Shown here one piece after another: positions 31,744 through 49,663 of a stretch of 64,000 bases of DNA (position 1 is the stretch's first letter; each line of letters opens with the position of its first letter). The stretch is taken from NCBI RefSeq assembly GCF_009914755.1, contig NC_060932.1. One strand, written 5' to 3'. The notes below the pieces were generated by a model. The model was not told where the DNA came from. It searched no databases and worked only from the letters and a program-made list of their open reading frames with translations. Source of the DNA: the human T2T-CHM13v2.0 reference genome, Homo sapiens. Position numbers and translations under genes: made by a program.

Positions 31744-31847
31744 TAACCAACAATCAGAAGAGACTTCCACAGGCTGCCATCATAGCTACTAGTCTGTTCG
31801 CACAGGTGTCCACCTACTCTGCCTTTTCCCTCAAAACAATGGATGAG

Positions 31848-31949
31848 TGCCCTGTGCCCCTATCTCAGTCCAGCCTCTCCCCTGGTCCCCTGGGTCCCTG
31901 CCCTGTGCCCCTATCTCAGTCCAGCCTCTCCCCTGGTCCCCTGGGTCCC
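31848..31949. repeat. Perfect 51-bp tandem duplication
   Basis: TGCCCTGTGCCCCTATCTCAGTCCAGCCTCTCCCCTGGTCCCCTGGGTCCC x2. Confidence 0.95.
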
Positions 31950-32146
31950 AGCCCTGCTGCTCAGAGCCTGCATTCCTCCTGCAGTTGTCCTTCCTTTCCT
32001 CTATCATTAATTCCCCCTCTCTACTAGAACATTCTCTTGAGCATAAACAGGCAGCTAAACCCCCCATCTTAAAAACAAACAACATTCCCTTGACCTCACA
32101 TCCTCCAGCTGTTAGCCCATGTATCTATGAAGCAAGAGTTCACTAA

Positions 32147-33111
<965 letters not shown>

Positions 33112-33605
33112 TAGCTACTGCCTCTGTGTGTTGCAGCCAGGTGTGTTTTGATGGGCCCATGTCCTCCAGTGGTGTACAGAGCCAACAGTCTGGAAGCAGA
33201 ACTGAACGTGGGTGGAGGAGAGTCTAAAGTAAGCTGGGGCCTCCAACTACTTCTGCTTCTGTGTCTCACCCTGAAGTCCTTCAGATATTAAGAGAGCTGC
33301 TTCACTTCCACCTCCCAGAGCTTGGGTATCTTCCTCTTTTGTCCAACTCTGACCCAGAATCTAACAAGGCTTCTGGGAAACAGAGTCCACAGATGAACCA
33401 AAAGAACAAAATATGTTCCTCTTTTTTCCAACTGTAACCCAGAATCTAACAAGGATTCTGGGAAACAGTCCCCAGATGAACCAAAATAACAACATGATGA
33501 TCAGCCACATCATGCTTCTCTGTTCCTTTTCAGAACGACAGCAAATGAAAGGGCGTTTTGTACTGTATCTCCACTTCTTCACCTCCCATATTCTGCTGGA
33601 CCCAA

Positions 33606-34467
33606 TGTGCAATAATTTGGATGTTTTTCCAAATCTCATGTTAAAATTTGATCCCTGATATGGTTTGGCTCTGTTCCCACCCAAATCTCGTCTTGAATTG
33701 TAGCTCCCACAATTCTCACATGTCATGGGAGGGACCCAGTGGGAGGTAATTGAATCACGGGAGCAAGTCTTTCCCGTGCTGTTCTCGTAATAGTGAGTAA
33801 GTCTCATGACAGACTTACTTACTTACTTATGAGGAGGAGTTCCCCTGCACAAGTTCTCTCTCTTGTCTGCCACCATGTAAGACATGCCTTTCACCTTCCA
33901 CCATGTCTGTGAGGCCTCCTCAGCCACATGGAACTGAGTCCATTAAACCCCTTTTTCTTCCCAGTCTCAGGTATGTCTTTATCAGCAGTGTGAAAATGGA
34001 CTAATACAATGTTGGAGGTGGGGCCTAATGGGAGGTCTTTGGGTCTTAGGGACAGGTCACTCATGGACATCTTGGTGCCTTCCTCACAGTGGTGAGTGAG
34101 CTCTCACTCTTATTAGTTCCTGTGAGAACTGGTTGTTATTAGGTTGGTGCAAAAGTAATTGCAGGTTTTGCCATTAAAAAAAAAAAAAAAAAAAAAATAG
34201 CAAAAAACGCAATTACTTTTGCACCAACCTATGAAAAGAGCCAGGCACCTTTCCCTCCTACCCTCTCTCTTGCTTCCTCTCTCACCCTGTGATCTCTGCA
34301 CACACCAGCTCCTCTTCACCTTCCACCATGAGTGGGAGATGCAGCCTGGGACTTTCCCCAGATGTCCAGTCTTCTAGCCTGCAGAATTGTGAGCCAAATA
34401 AACCTGTTTTCTTTATAAATTACCCAGCCTCAGGTGTGCCTTTATGGCAACACTAAATAGACTAAGA
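33606..34467 (+). mobile_element. MST-type MaLR LTR with nested THE1 LTR (33656-34008) and MADE1
   Basis: Outer: aaatctcatgttaaaatttgatccc...atgttggaggtggggcc...gactaaga. Inner: tgatatggtttggctctg...gactaataca. Confidence 0.85.
34139..34231. mobile_element. MADE1 (Hsmar1-derived mariner MITE) with expanded central A-tract
   Basis: TIRs TAGGTTGGTGCAAAAGTAATTGC ... GCAATTACTTTTGCACCAACCTA; TA on the left flank. Confidence 0.93.
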
Positions 34468-34962
34468 TCCAATCTGATCAGCATTTCATCATCACCACAT
34501 CATCAGAGCTGGTCTCACTGAGATCACAAATGCCAGACCTTCATACTGCCAAATTCAGTTATGTGCTCTCAGTCCTTTTCTGATTTGATGCTTCAACAGC
34601 ACGTAATACAACTGACCACTTCCTTCTTAAAACATTTTCTTCCGGTGGCATCCGGGACACCATTTCCCTTTGATTCCCCTCTTGCCTCACTGCTGCTGCT
34701 TCTCAGTTGGCTTTGCTGGTTCCTTTGATTCCTAACCTCTAAATGTTGGAATGCCCCAGGGCCCTGTTCTCTGAATTCTTCTCTTCTCTGTCTATGGTCA
34801 CCATGCAGATGATCTTACCTACTTCCATGAGCTTAAATACCCTTATCTCAAAGGTATATATCCAGCCCCAAACTTTTCTCCTGACCTACACACTTGAAAA
34901 TCCAATGCCTATTTGTTATTCCAACAAATAACTAATCATTAATAGACTTTTAAAATGCACTA

Positions 34963-35417
<455 letters not shown>

Positions 35418-36381
35418 TTAAAACAAATGTTTTAATATATTATGTCTGAAAACTAACTCATAGTTTCATATCCCCCACCAAACCTGCTCTTATCACATTT
35501 TCCCCACTTTTGTAAATGACAAGTTCACTCTGTCATGTGCTCAGGGCAAAAATCTTGGGCTCATCCCTAACTTTCCTTTTTTTCTCTTAAACCCTGCATC
35601 CAAGCCATTGGCAAACCCTGTCAGTTTCACCTTGTAACATAATTAGAATTTGTTCATTCAACAAAAACTTATTGAGGCTGGGTGCAATGGTTCATGCCTG
35701 TAATCCCAGAAGTGTGCGAGGCCAAGGCAGACAGAGGCTTGAGTCCAGGAGTTTGAGAACAGCCTGGCAACATGGCGAAACCCGTCTCTACAAAAAATGC
35801 AAAAATAAGCCAGGCATGGTGGCACATGCCTGTAGTCCCAGCTACTCCGGAGGCTGAGGTGGGAGAATCACCTGAGCTCTTGGAGGTCAAGGCTGCTGTG
35901 AGCCATGATTACACTGCACTCCAGCCTGGAAGACAGAGTGGGCCCCTGCCTCAAAAAAAAAAAAAAAAAAAAAAAAGTATTGCTGGGGTGGACAGATGAG
36001 CAGAAAGTACAGTCTGTGTTTGAATGGATGACAGAGGGTACCATGTGTGAAGGTACAGATACAAAAAAAAAAAAATGAGAATTTTTTTAGTGCATTTAAG
36101 TATGGTTGGAATAAAAGCATATTGAGGGAGTGGTGGGAAATCAAGTTAGGGAAGTAGGCTTCGTCCATAAAAATGATAGGCGTTTTAAGGGCCTATCTGA
36201 CTCTTACCCCAAAACCTTTAGGACACCACTGGATGATTTCGAGAAAGGGAATGACATGATCAGATTTATATTTCAGAAAAATTCTCTGGGGGCTTGTGGA
36301 GGGGAACCAGAATTAGGCAAGAAGGCCAAGTGGAGACTATTTTAGTTAATTCAGTTAAGAAGCGATGAAGGTCTGAGCTAA

Positions 36382-36855
<474 letters not shown>

Positions 36856-37090
36856 TAAAGAAACAGATTTCTTTTTTCCTGACAACAACTTGCAAGGAAT
36901 AATAAAGAAAAACAAAGGCAAAGTTTTAAAAAAAAAATTTCATTGTATAACATCGGAAGCTCCTATACCAGACCACTCCAGTCAATACCAGATAGTCACC
37001 AACCCCACCAACTTCATGGTCTTAAAAGTGGCTTAGGGTAAAAACTACAGTTTGCTCTTAAGACTGAGCAAAGAAAATGAGAAGGTGTCA

Positions 37091-37780
<690 letters not shown>

Positions 37781-38356
37781 TCATCTTGTTTCTTGATAAA
37801 GAGATTTTGGGAACCATGTACGGTGTGCTGTGCCTCTGAGTTATAAAGTATGGCTCCTCACTGGCAACTCAGAAATGAAACTGTGATAATGAGTTCTGTA
37901 CCTCTAGCTCCTAAATTTCTTTCTTTTTTTTTTTTTTTTTTTTTTTTGAGACAGGGTCTTGCTCTGTCACCCAGGCTGGAGTGCAGTGTCTTCATCACAG
38001 CTTACTGCAGCCTTGACCTCCCAGGCTCAAATAATCCTCCCACCTCAGCCTTCCCAGTAGCTTAGACTATAGGCAAATGCCACCATGCCTGGCTAATTTT
38101 TCTATTTATTGTAGAGACTTGGTCTCAGTATGTTGCCCAGGCTGGTCTCAAATTCCTGGCCTCAAGAAATCCTCCCATCTCAGTCTCCCAAAGCACTAGG
38201 ATTACAGGCATAAACCACTGCACCTGGCCTTAAATTACTTAAAAGGTGTATATGGACCAAGGAATCTTGAGATCACTGGTTGTTCCCTCAGGAGCAAACA
38301 ATGGACACACAGAGATCCTGTTCCTAGGACATGGAAGCAAGAGTCCCAGATAAGCC

Positions 38357-38807
38357 TGCCAGGGTTTGAATATTGTTTGTCCTCACCAAAACTCATGTCA
38401 AAATTTGATCCCCAATATGGCAGCACTGGGAAGGGGCACCGGGTGGGAGGTGTTTGGGTCACGGGGATGGATCCCTCATGAATGGCTTGGTGCTGTTCTT
38501 GCAGGAGTAAGTGAATTCTGACTCTCATGAGACTGGATTAGTTCTTGCAGGAATGGGTGAGTTCCCGACAGAGTGGGATGTTATAAAGCCAGGACGCCCC
38601 TCAGGTTTTCCCCTTTTCACACATATCTGCTTCTTCTTTGACCCTCTCTGCCATGTTGTGATCCAGCACAAAAGTTCTTTGCCAGTAGCCAGGGCCATCC
38701 CCTTAAACTTCTCAGCCTGTAGAAACATGAGCTACATTAGCCTCTTTTTTTTTATAAATTGCTCAGCCTCAGATATGCCTTTATAGCAAAATGAAACAGA
38801 CTAAGAT
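38357..38807 (+). mobile_element. MST-type MaLR solo LTR
   Basis: caaaactcatgtcaaaatttgatcccc...gatccctcatgaatggcttggtgc...agactaaga. Confidence 0.8.
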
Positions 38808-39037
38808 GAAGCCTTCAAAGAGAGTCACAGATCATTGCAAGGGGATCTTCCTGAGCTTGTCATCCCAGTGTGTCTTGAGTTCTGAAGGGGCACCTTTAAA
38901 AACATTGCCTGGCCAAGTGCAATGGCTCATGCTTGTAATCCCAGTGCTTTGGGAGGCTGAGGTGGGAGGATTGCTTGAGCCCAGGAATTTGAGACCAGCC
39001 TGGGCAACATAGTCAGACCCCATCTCTACAAAAATTA

Positions 39038-39190
<153 letters not shown>

Positions 39191-39271
39191 TCAAAAAAAA
39201 AAAAAAAAGAGGAGAAGAAAAAAGCACTGTCAGAGAAGGACTGCTAGAAAGAGCAGCCTCAGGCAGAATCA

Positions 39272-40490
<1,219 letters not shown>

Positions 40491-40607
40491 GAGTCCAAGA
40501 TCTTCTGGAGAAAACAGCCGTTCCCTGGTGGGGTGGCAGTGATTGGAGTGGATGCTAAACTTATGGGAGCAGAACTCCCAGTTAAAGGGCTCACAAGTGT
40601 CTCTCAC

Positions 40608-41647
40608 TGTAGTGGGTGAGGTTTGTTCACCTGGAACCTCAGAATGTAACTTTATTTGAAAGAAAGGTCTTTGAAGATGTAATTAAGGTGAGGATCTTGA
40701 GATGAGATCATGCTGGACTAGGATGGGCCCCAAATCCAATGAGAGGTGTCTTTATAAGAGACAGAAATGGCTGGGCACCATGGCTCACACCTATAATCCC
40801 AGTACTTTGAGAGACTGAGGCAAGAGGATTGCTTGGGGTTAGGAGTTCAAATCCAGCCTGGGCAACATAGTGAGACCCTCTGTCTACAAAAATAAAAAGA
40901 TTAGCCAGGTGTGATGGCATGGGCCTGTAGTGCCAGCTACTCAGGAGGCTGAAGTGGGAGGATTGCTTGAGCCCAGGAGTTTGCAGCTGCAGTAAGCTAT
41001 GATTGTATCACTCCACTCCAGCCTGAGTGACAAAGTGAGATCCCATCTCAAAAACAAAAACAAACTTTGGGAGGCCAAGGAGGGCAGATCACCTGAGGTC
41101 AGGAGTTTGAGACAACCTGGGCAACATGGTGAAAGTCCATCTCTAGTAAAATACAGAAATTAGCCAGGCACGGTGGCATGCGCCTGTAATCCCAGCTACT
41201 CAGGAGGCTGAGACATGAGAGTCGCTTGAACCTGAGAGGTGGAGGTTGCGGTGAGCCAAGATTGCGCCACTGCACTCCAGTCTGGGCAACAGAGCAAGAC
41301 TCTGTCACCAAAAAAAAAAAAAAAAAAAAAAAACAGAGAGAGAGAGACACACAAAGGAGAAGACACACAGCGACACAGGAAAGCCACACAAATTGAAGCT
41401 AGAGGTGGCGACTGGAGTGACATGTCTATAAACCCAGGAATGCCAAGAACTGCCAGAGCCACCAGAAGCTAGAAGCCACCAGGGGCATGGAGCGGATTTT
41501 CCCCTGAGAACCTCCAGAAGGAACCAGCTCTGCCAAAACCTTCATTTCAGACTTCTGGCCTCCAGAACTGTGAGGGAATACATTTCTGTTGTTTTAATCC
41601 ACCAAGGTTGTAGTAATTTGTTTTAGCAGTCTCAGGAAGCTAATATA
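40608..41647 (+). mobile_element. MLT1C-like LTR interrupted by Alus
   Basis: aacctcagaatgtaactttatttg...cagacttctggcctccagaactgtgag...gctaata. Confidence 0.75.
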
Positions 41648-42511
41648 CTTATTGATAATTATCCCCATAAGAATCAATGTCAAGGAGATGGACTTGGTGG
41701 TCTCAGGTGCAACAAAAACTCAGACTCTAGAGAGATGTTGGTTCTCATAGGTCAGAGGTACCCTGCAAGGTACCAGAGCAAGGCCGCTTTATGGCTAGAT
41801 TAACCTAAGCTACACTCATTGCAGAACCCAGGAAGATGTCCATGCCTCTCCCCAGAGGTATAACCTATATACCCTAAAAAAGGTATAACCTTCTTTCCCA
41901 CTCCTTGGCTGATATATTTGTTCAGGTCAGCTACCGTTAAAAAAGAAAAGAAAAATGGCTAAAGTAACTGTGGCTTAAACAAGATATAAGCTTATTTCAG
42001 TTTTTGTGTGTGTACATGTGTGTTTTTAGAGGCAAGGTCTTGCTCTGTTGCCCAGGCTAAAGTGCAGTAGTGCAATCTCACTGCAGCCTCAACCTCCTGG
42101 GCTCAAGCCATCCTCCCACTTCAGCCTCCTGAGTAACTAAGACTACAGGCACATGCCACCAATACCCAGATACATTTTTAAAAATTTTTTGTAGACATGG
42201 GGTCTCCCTGTGCTGCCCAGGTTGGTCTCAAACTCCTGGACTCAAACAATCCTCCTGCCTCAGCCTCCCAAAGCCCTGGGATTACAAATGTGAGTCACTG
42301 TGCCCAGCCCTGTGTGGCTTGGTTTGTGGAGCTGGATATAAGGCCTTGAAAATGGGCATGAGATCTATGAGCTACTGTGCCTGGCCAGAAGTTTATTTCT
42401 CTTTCATTTAAGGGTCTTAAACATAAGCAGTCCAGGGCCAAAATGGTGGCTCCACACTGCCAGAGACCCAGGCTCCTTCCATCTGGTTCCTCTGACATCC
42501 ACAACACATGA

Positions 42512-42838
<327 letters not shown>

Positions 42839-42971
42839 TAGGAGGCTGTGTTTCCAGCTAAAACTTAAATTTTCTACTACTCAAGGAAGATGGGAAGAAT
42901 GGAGAGTGGACAGCAACTTCTACTCCAAGGGACAGCAAACGCAAGGTCTGATTTGATAAACGACCCCTTCA

Positions 42972-43945
<974 letters not shown>

Positions 43946-44498
43946 CCACCTTCTCTCCCCTTTCTGGTTCCTTAGGGTCCCATTCTCATGAACCCCCTAC
44001 TATAATAGACCATAATGTCCTGAGATCCAGAAGTACCTTCTGTTCTAAATCTTCTCATTCTTTTTTTTTTTTTTTTTTTTTTTTTGAGAGTGCAGTGGCA
44101 CAATCTCGGCTCACTGCAACCTCTGCCTCCCTGGGTTCAAGCGATTCTCCTGCCTCAGCCTCCCGAGCAGCTGTGATTACAGGCGCCTGCCACCACGCCC
44201 GGCTAACTTTTGTATTTTTAGTAGAGATGGGATTTCACCATGTTGGCCAGGCTGGTCTTGAACTCCTGACCTCAGGTGATCCACCCGCCTCGGCCTCCCA
44301 AAGTGCTGGGATTACAGGCGTGAGCCACTGCGCCTGGCCTACCCATTCTTAAAATTGTTCTCGTTGTAAATGTTGCATTGGTAATGATGGGGTGATCCAG
44401 ACCAGGAGCAAAATATCGGGCCAGACCAGGGTCTGAACATGGAAACAGAGCCAGAGGTGGAGATGTATAAAGACCAGGACAGAAAACCAAAGCAGTCA

Positions 44499-44753
<255 letters not shown>

Positions 44754-44905
44754 TTAATTAGCTGGGCATAGTGGTGCAAGCCTGTAGTCCTGGCCACTTG
44801 GGAGGCTGAGATAAGAGGATCACTTGAGCAGGAGGCTGAGGCTGCAATAAGCCATGATTGTGCCCCTGAACTCTAGCCTGGGCAACAGAGCAAGACCCTA
44901 TAAGA

Positions 44906-45241
44906 CAGTGATCCCCAACCTTTTTGGCACAAGGGACCGGTTTGGTGGAAGGCAATCTTTCCACGGACAGGGGAGAAGGAGATGGTTTTGGGATAAAGCT
45001 GCCACCTCAGATTATCAGACATTAGATTCTCAGAAAGAGCATGCAACCTAGATCCCTCACATGTGCAGTTCACTTTAGGATTCGCGCTCCAGTGAGAATC
45101 TAACGCAGCCGCAGATCTGACAGGAGGCGGAGCTCACGTGTTAATGCTCGCTTGCCCTCCACTCACCTCCTGCGCTGCAGCCCAGTTCCTAACAAGCCAC
45201 AGACCAGTAGCAGTCTGCGGCCCAGGGGTTGGGGATCCCTG
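44906..45241 (+). mobile_element. MER1 (hAT-Charlie) non-autonomous DNA transposon
   Basis: TIRs CAGTGATCCCCAACC / GGTTGGGGATCCCTG; 8-bp near-TSD CTATAAGA/CTATAATA. Confidence 0.88.
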
Positions 45242-45483
45242 CTATAATAGACCTGGGACTCATCCAAGCTCCAGATTCTGATTTCACCGCTTTATACCGG
45301 AGAAGCATTTTCAGTTTCCAAACCACTTTCACACACAGTGTCTCACCGGGTCTTCAAAAGCAGCCTGCATGAGCTGAGTAGAGTGATCATGTAATCTCCA
45401 GTTGACTCACAGGCAAAGAAACAGTCAGAAAGGCTAAGTGACTTGTTCAGTGTCACACAACTGCTTCTAAGCAGTGCATATAG

Positions 45484-45819
<336 letters not shown>

Positions 45820-47407
45820 TAATCCGCCCACCTCGGCCTCAAATTAAACTGAATTGCATGTTATGCTTCAGCTGCTTCTCACTGGCCAAAGGCAGACTAT
45901 ACCCAGGGCTTGTTGTGTGGGGGAGAGCATTAGCAGTGCTTGCCATGGCAGGCTCCCATTTCCCCGTTCTGGACAGACACCCAAACACAGACAGTGTGTA
46001 GACATACCTTCGCCAAGAGGCCTTCAAAAGGCCTGGATCTAGGCAGTTTTAAGATGAAAACAGTAAGAAGCGCTATTCCCATGCCTTCCCCTGTGCTCCT
46101 AGGACCATGTAGGGTGCAATGGAAACACACAGAGGAGAGGAGCTGCTCCTACTCTCCTAGGGTTGAGGATGCAGTCAGCATGGGACTAAGGCCCAGGGAC
46201 TGCCCGTGAGGACCACAGCCTGCACCTACCTCCATTCCCCAGAAGAAAGTCTGGGAAAGTCAGCCCCCCACATCCTCCTGTACCCAAATTCTGCCTGTTC
46301 CCCCTCAGTTCCACTTGATGCAGAGGGTAGGTCAGCTCTGAAAAAGCCCGCTCTTCATTCCCTCTCCTCCAACTCAGCCCTCTCTTCCATGTCATTTCTG
46401 TCCCATGCCCAGCTCCAGCTAACAGACTCTGGGGAGGCCAGCGGCTCTAGGGACTCTGTTGTTCTCACGGGCCTGGAAGTCATCATATCTCTGGGTTCAG
46501 GGGACAGCTGTTTGTCTTCTACAGTTCAAGTGCTCAGGCCTCATGCTAGCAAAAGCAGCCTGCTCCCATCCAAGGATGTAAATCTCCCTCCACTTGATGC
46601 CTGGCCACAAGTTGCTGGAGAAATGACCAGACTGTCAGATTCTATCTGACAATCTGCAGATGGAATCCATAGCCCCAGCACAAGTCTAAACACTGCAAAG
46701 GAGTGTGACAGCTGGCGCACGGGCAAGTCCAACAAGACTCAAGCAGTATGAGCTTCTGGACAATGTTCAAGGACAAGTCTACACACCAGGGGCCCCACCT
46801 CCAACATCATCATTCTCCCCTGCCTAGCACTGACTGGCCAATTTTATCCAGCGATGTTGGGAGAATATCCAGAGATGGGGAGAGGAGGGCCTCTTATTTG
46901 TCAAGCAAGACTTCCTCCTCCACTAACAGCCACAAAGTTGAGTCTTTGCCAAGAAATCTTGCACACCTCAGACACCAGAGATCTCACCCTGCCCTGGTTG
47001 AAAAGGAGAAAGTCATCTTTGGTATGAAAACATCCTGAGAAATAAAACCTGGGCTCCTGGAGAAAAGAGAGCAGCACAGACCAGGTCCAATTCACAGGGA
47101 ACACCCATATGTGGAAATCTATCGAGCTCCTCCTTGGGGCAGATGGAATTTTATAACTCTAGGGCCCCTGAACCAAGACAACACATTGCGCACTACATCA
47201 CAAACACGCAAAACATCTGTGATTTACCGGGCATTCCATAAATCATCCTGGACAATAGTCTTGGCTCATAGAGTTTAAATAGAAACTCACAAAATGATCT
47301 AATGATTTCCTTAGAAATTTTCTTTACATAGGAAACCTGGCTGATAAGATTCATAAAATGGAAATAAGAGAAAACTGCATCAACAGGCTCAAATTTGTAA
47401 CTCCAGT

Positions 47408-47413
47408 TTTACT
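47408..47413 (-). terminator. Distal variant poly(A) signal AGTAAA of ADRB3
   Basis: Plus-strand tttact; followed on the minus strand by TGTTG and TTTTCTCTTATTT; consistent with my recollection of a ~1.2 kb 3' UTR. Confidence 0.5.
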
Positions 47414-47555
47414 TTAAGAGGATAATACAGATTTTTGTAGCTGGGGAAGGTGAGTGGGAAGGTAGAGGTTGTGGAAAGGCTGGGAAACATCAGAATATAT
47501 TTATGACACAAGACATTTGACCAACCCAAGCAATGCTTTGTGCCTGTGCCTCCAG

Positions 47556-47596
47556 ACACACACACACACACACACACGCACACACACACACACACA
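47556..47596. repeat. (CA)n microsatellite in the ADRB3 3' region, with one CG interruption
   Basis: acacacacacacacacacacacgcacacacacacacacac. Confidence 0.95.
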
Positions 47597-47980
47597 CCAT
47601 GTAAGGCACCACTGGATTATAGCATGGAGGGGACAAATGCCCCCTGCCCTAAACCTGGCCACAGCCAGCCCATCCCCCTGTGGGCCCTCTGTCCAAGTCC
47701 TGTGGGGAGCGTGGCTTTGCTACTCAATGGCAACTGGATTTCAAGAGTTTCAGGAAGGGTGGGGGAGCAAGATATCAAAGGCTCAAGCTCACTCCCCTTC
47801 GTCCAGACAGACTTTTCATTTTTTGTTTGATGAAGATTAGGAAGAAAAGAGTGAGGATTAGGCCTAATTTACTGCCTCTGTCAAAAGCCAGCGCAGAGTA
47901 GAAGGGAAGGGAGTAAGTGGATTATGAAAAGAAAACAAACGGAGGGAAAGGGGGCCGAGGATGAACTGCATTCAGTGATA

Positions 47981-47986
47981 TTTATT
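47981..47986 (-). terminator. Proximal canonical poly(A) signal in the ADRB3 3' UTR
   Basis: AATAAA followed ~40 nt downstream by a U/GU-rich element GTTTGTTTTCTTTTC. Confidence 0.6.
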
Positions 47987-48616
47987 TATCTGATTGCAAA
48001 AGGAAAAGAAGGGATCTGTTCTAATGGTTCACCTTCTTATGAACCCTGGAGCTCCCAAAACCCTGGCGAAGTCCTTCTGACACTGCTGTGAGGTAGATCG
48101 GAGCCATTCCATGGCTAAAGTGAGAGAGGCCACTGCTTGAGAGCAGTAATAAGGGAACCAGAGATAAAACCCCAAATCTTGGTCTTTTCTACCCTGCTGC
48201 TCTCAGCCTGGGCCACAGAGCCTGGAGAACACTAAGGTCTCATCAGGGTTTGGGTGGCAGAAGGAATGGAACCAGGGGAGCTCTCTTTGCCCTAAGCACT
48301 CACTGACTGCACAGGCAAGCCGGGTGATGGGTGCCCCTACCAAAGCCAGCCTGCTGCTCCACGGCACCTGGACACTACCACTGAGGGAGGAGTGAAGTTC
48401 AAGGCTGGGGTTTAGAAAACATCTCTCAGACAGAGAGCAAGAGGATGGTGAAAACCCACTTGGTAAGGATCCCTCCTTGGGTCACATGGCCCAGTCGTCA
48501 GGTTCTGGAGGGTAGAGTGTCACAGCCGGGGAATCCCATGGGACTCATTCTGAACAGAGGCCAGAGGTTTTCCACAGGTTCTGATCAACAGAGTTGTTGC
48601 TTCTTGTCCTTCAGGC

Positions 48617-48638
48617 CTAAGAAACTCCCCAAGAAGCC
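48617..48638 (-). CDS. ADRB3: ADRB3 exon 2, coding part (G-ASWGVS*); total protein 408 aa
   Basis: Acceptor ttttttcccag|G GCT TCT TGG GGA GTT TCT TAG; 1205+22=1227 nt; matches the known 408-aa C-terminus. Confidence 0.95.
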
Positions 48639-49045
48639 CTGGGAAAAAAAGTGGAGATAATAGACCCTGGGGTGAAAGGAGCAACAGGTGCACTGAGGGG
48701 AATGACAGAGATCAGAGACCCTGGAACGCATATTTAGTTACACAAAAACGCCAGGGCACCACCCAGCCACACACGCCCCACCCCATCCCTACTCCAACCC
48801 AGCCCAGGGAGCGGGAGGGCACACATCTGCACTCACAGGCTCCTCACTCACAACTGTACTTCATACCGGAAGTGGATTCTCACCTCCACAGCTGTCAAAC
48901 CTTTGAGAAAACCCAGAACTGAGGCCGAGGGCTTGGGGGGCGGGTGGGGGGGCACTAGCCCTGCCTTCAAGTCCGAGCCAGGTCTAGTGATGGCAAGAAA
49001 TCGGGGGAGGGGGGCAAAGAACTGAGCTGGAAAACCAAAACTAGA

Positions 49046-49357
49046 GCCGACCCGGCGCCCTGGCTCCGGCCTGTAATCCTAATGCTTTGGAAGGCTGAGG
49101 CAGAAGGATCACTTGAGGCCAGAAGTTCAAGACAAGCCTGGGCAACATAGCAAGACCCCATCTCTACAAGAAATTTTAAAAATAGCTGGGATTGGTGGGG
49201 CTCGCCTGTAGTCCCAGATACTCAGGAGGCTGAGGTGGGAGGATCGCTTGAGCCCAGGAGCCAGGAGTTCAAGACTGCAGTGAGCTGAGATCGCACCACT
49301 GCATTCCCGCGTGGGCGACAGAGACGAAACCCTGTCTCTATTTAAAAAAAAAAAAAA
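49046..49357 (+). mobile_element. AluJ-like element in the ADRB3 intron (antisense to the gene)
   Basis: cctgtaatcc...gaggctgaggtgggaggatcgcttgagcccaggag...A-tail. Confidence 0.9.
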
Positions 49358-49663
49358 TCCCTAAAGCCGACCAGGCGAGGCGAGAGTCCTCGGGACACCG
49401 CAGCGCTTTCCGGTGGCGCACCTTGGGTCCTTGGGTGAGGAACGACGGCCCGCTCGCCCTCCTTTGCTTCTACCCTAGTGACTGGATCCGGAAAGAAAAG
49501 GACCCTGGGTCCCATTTTGGTTCGCTACTCCTCGTTCCCTTTTCTCTCCAAGCAAAGCCATCCCACCTTCTCTTAATAAACTCCACACTCAAAAAGTTGA
49601 CCCACGGACACATCGCATGCTTCCCGACCCTGAGCCGCCGGTCCCTCTGCCCCGGTTACCTAC

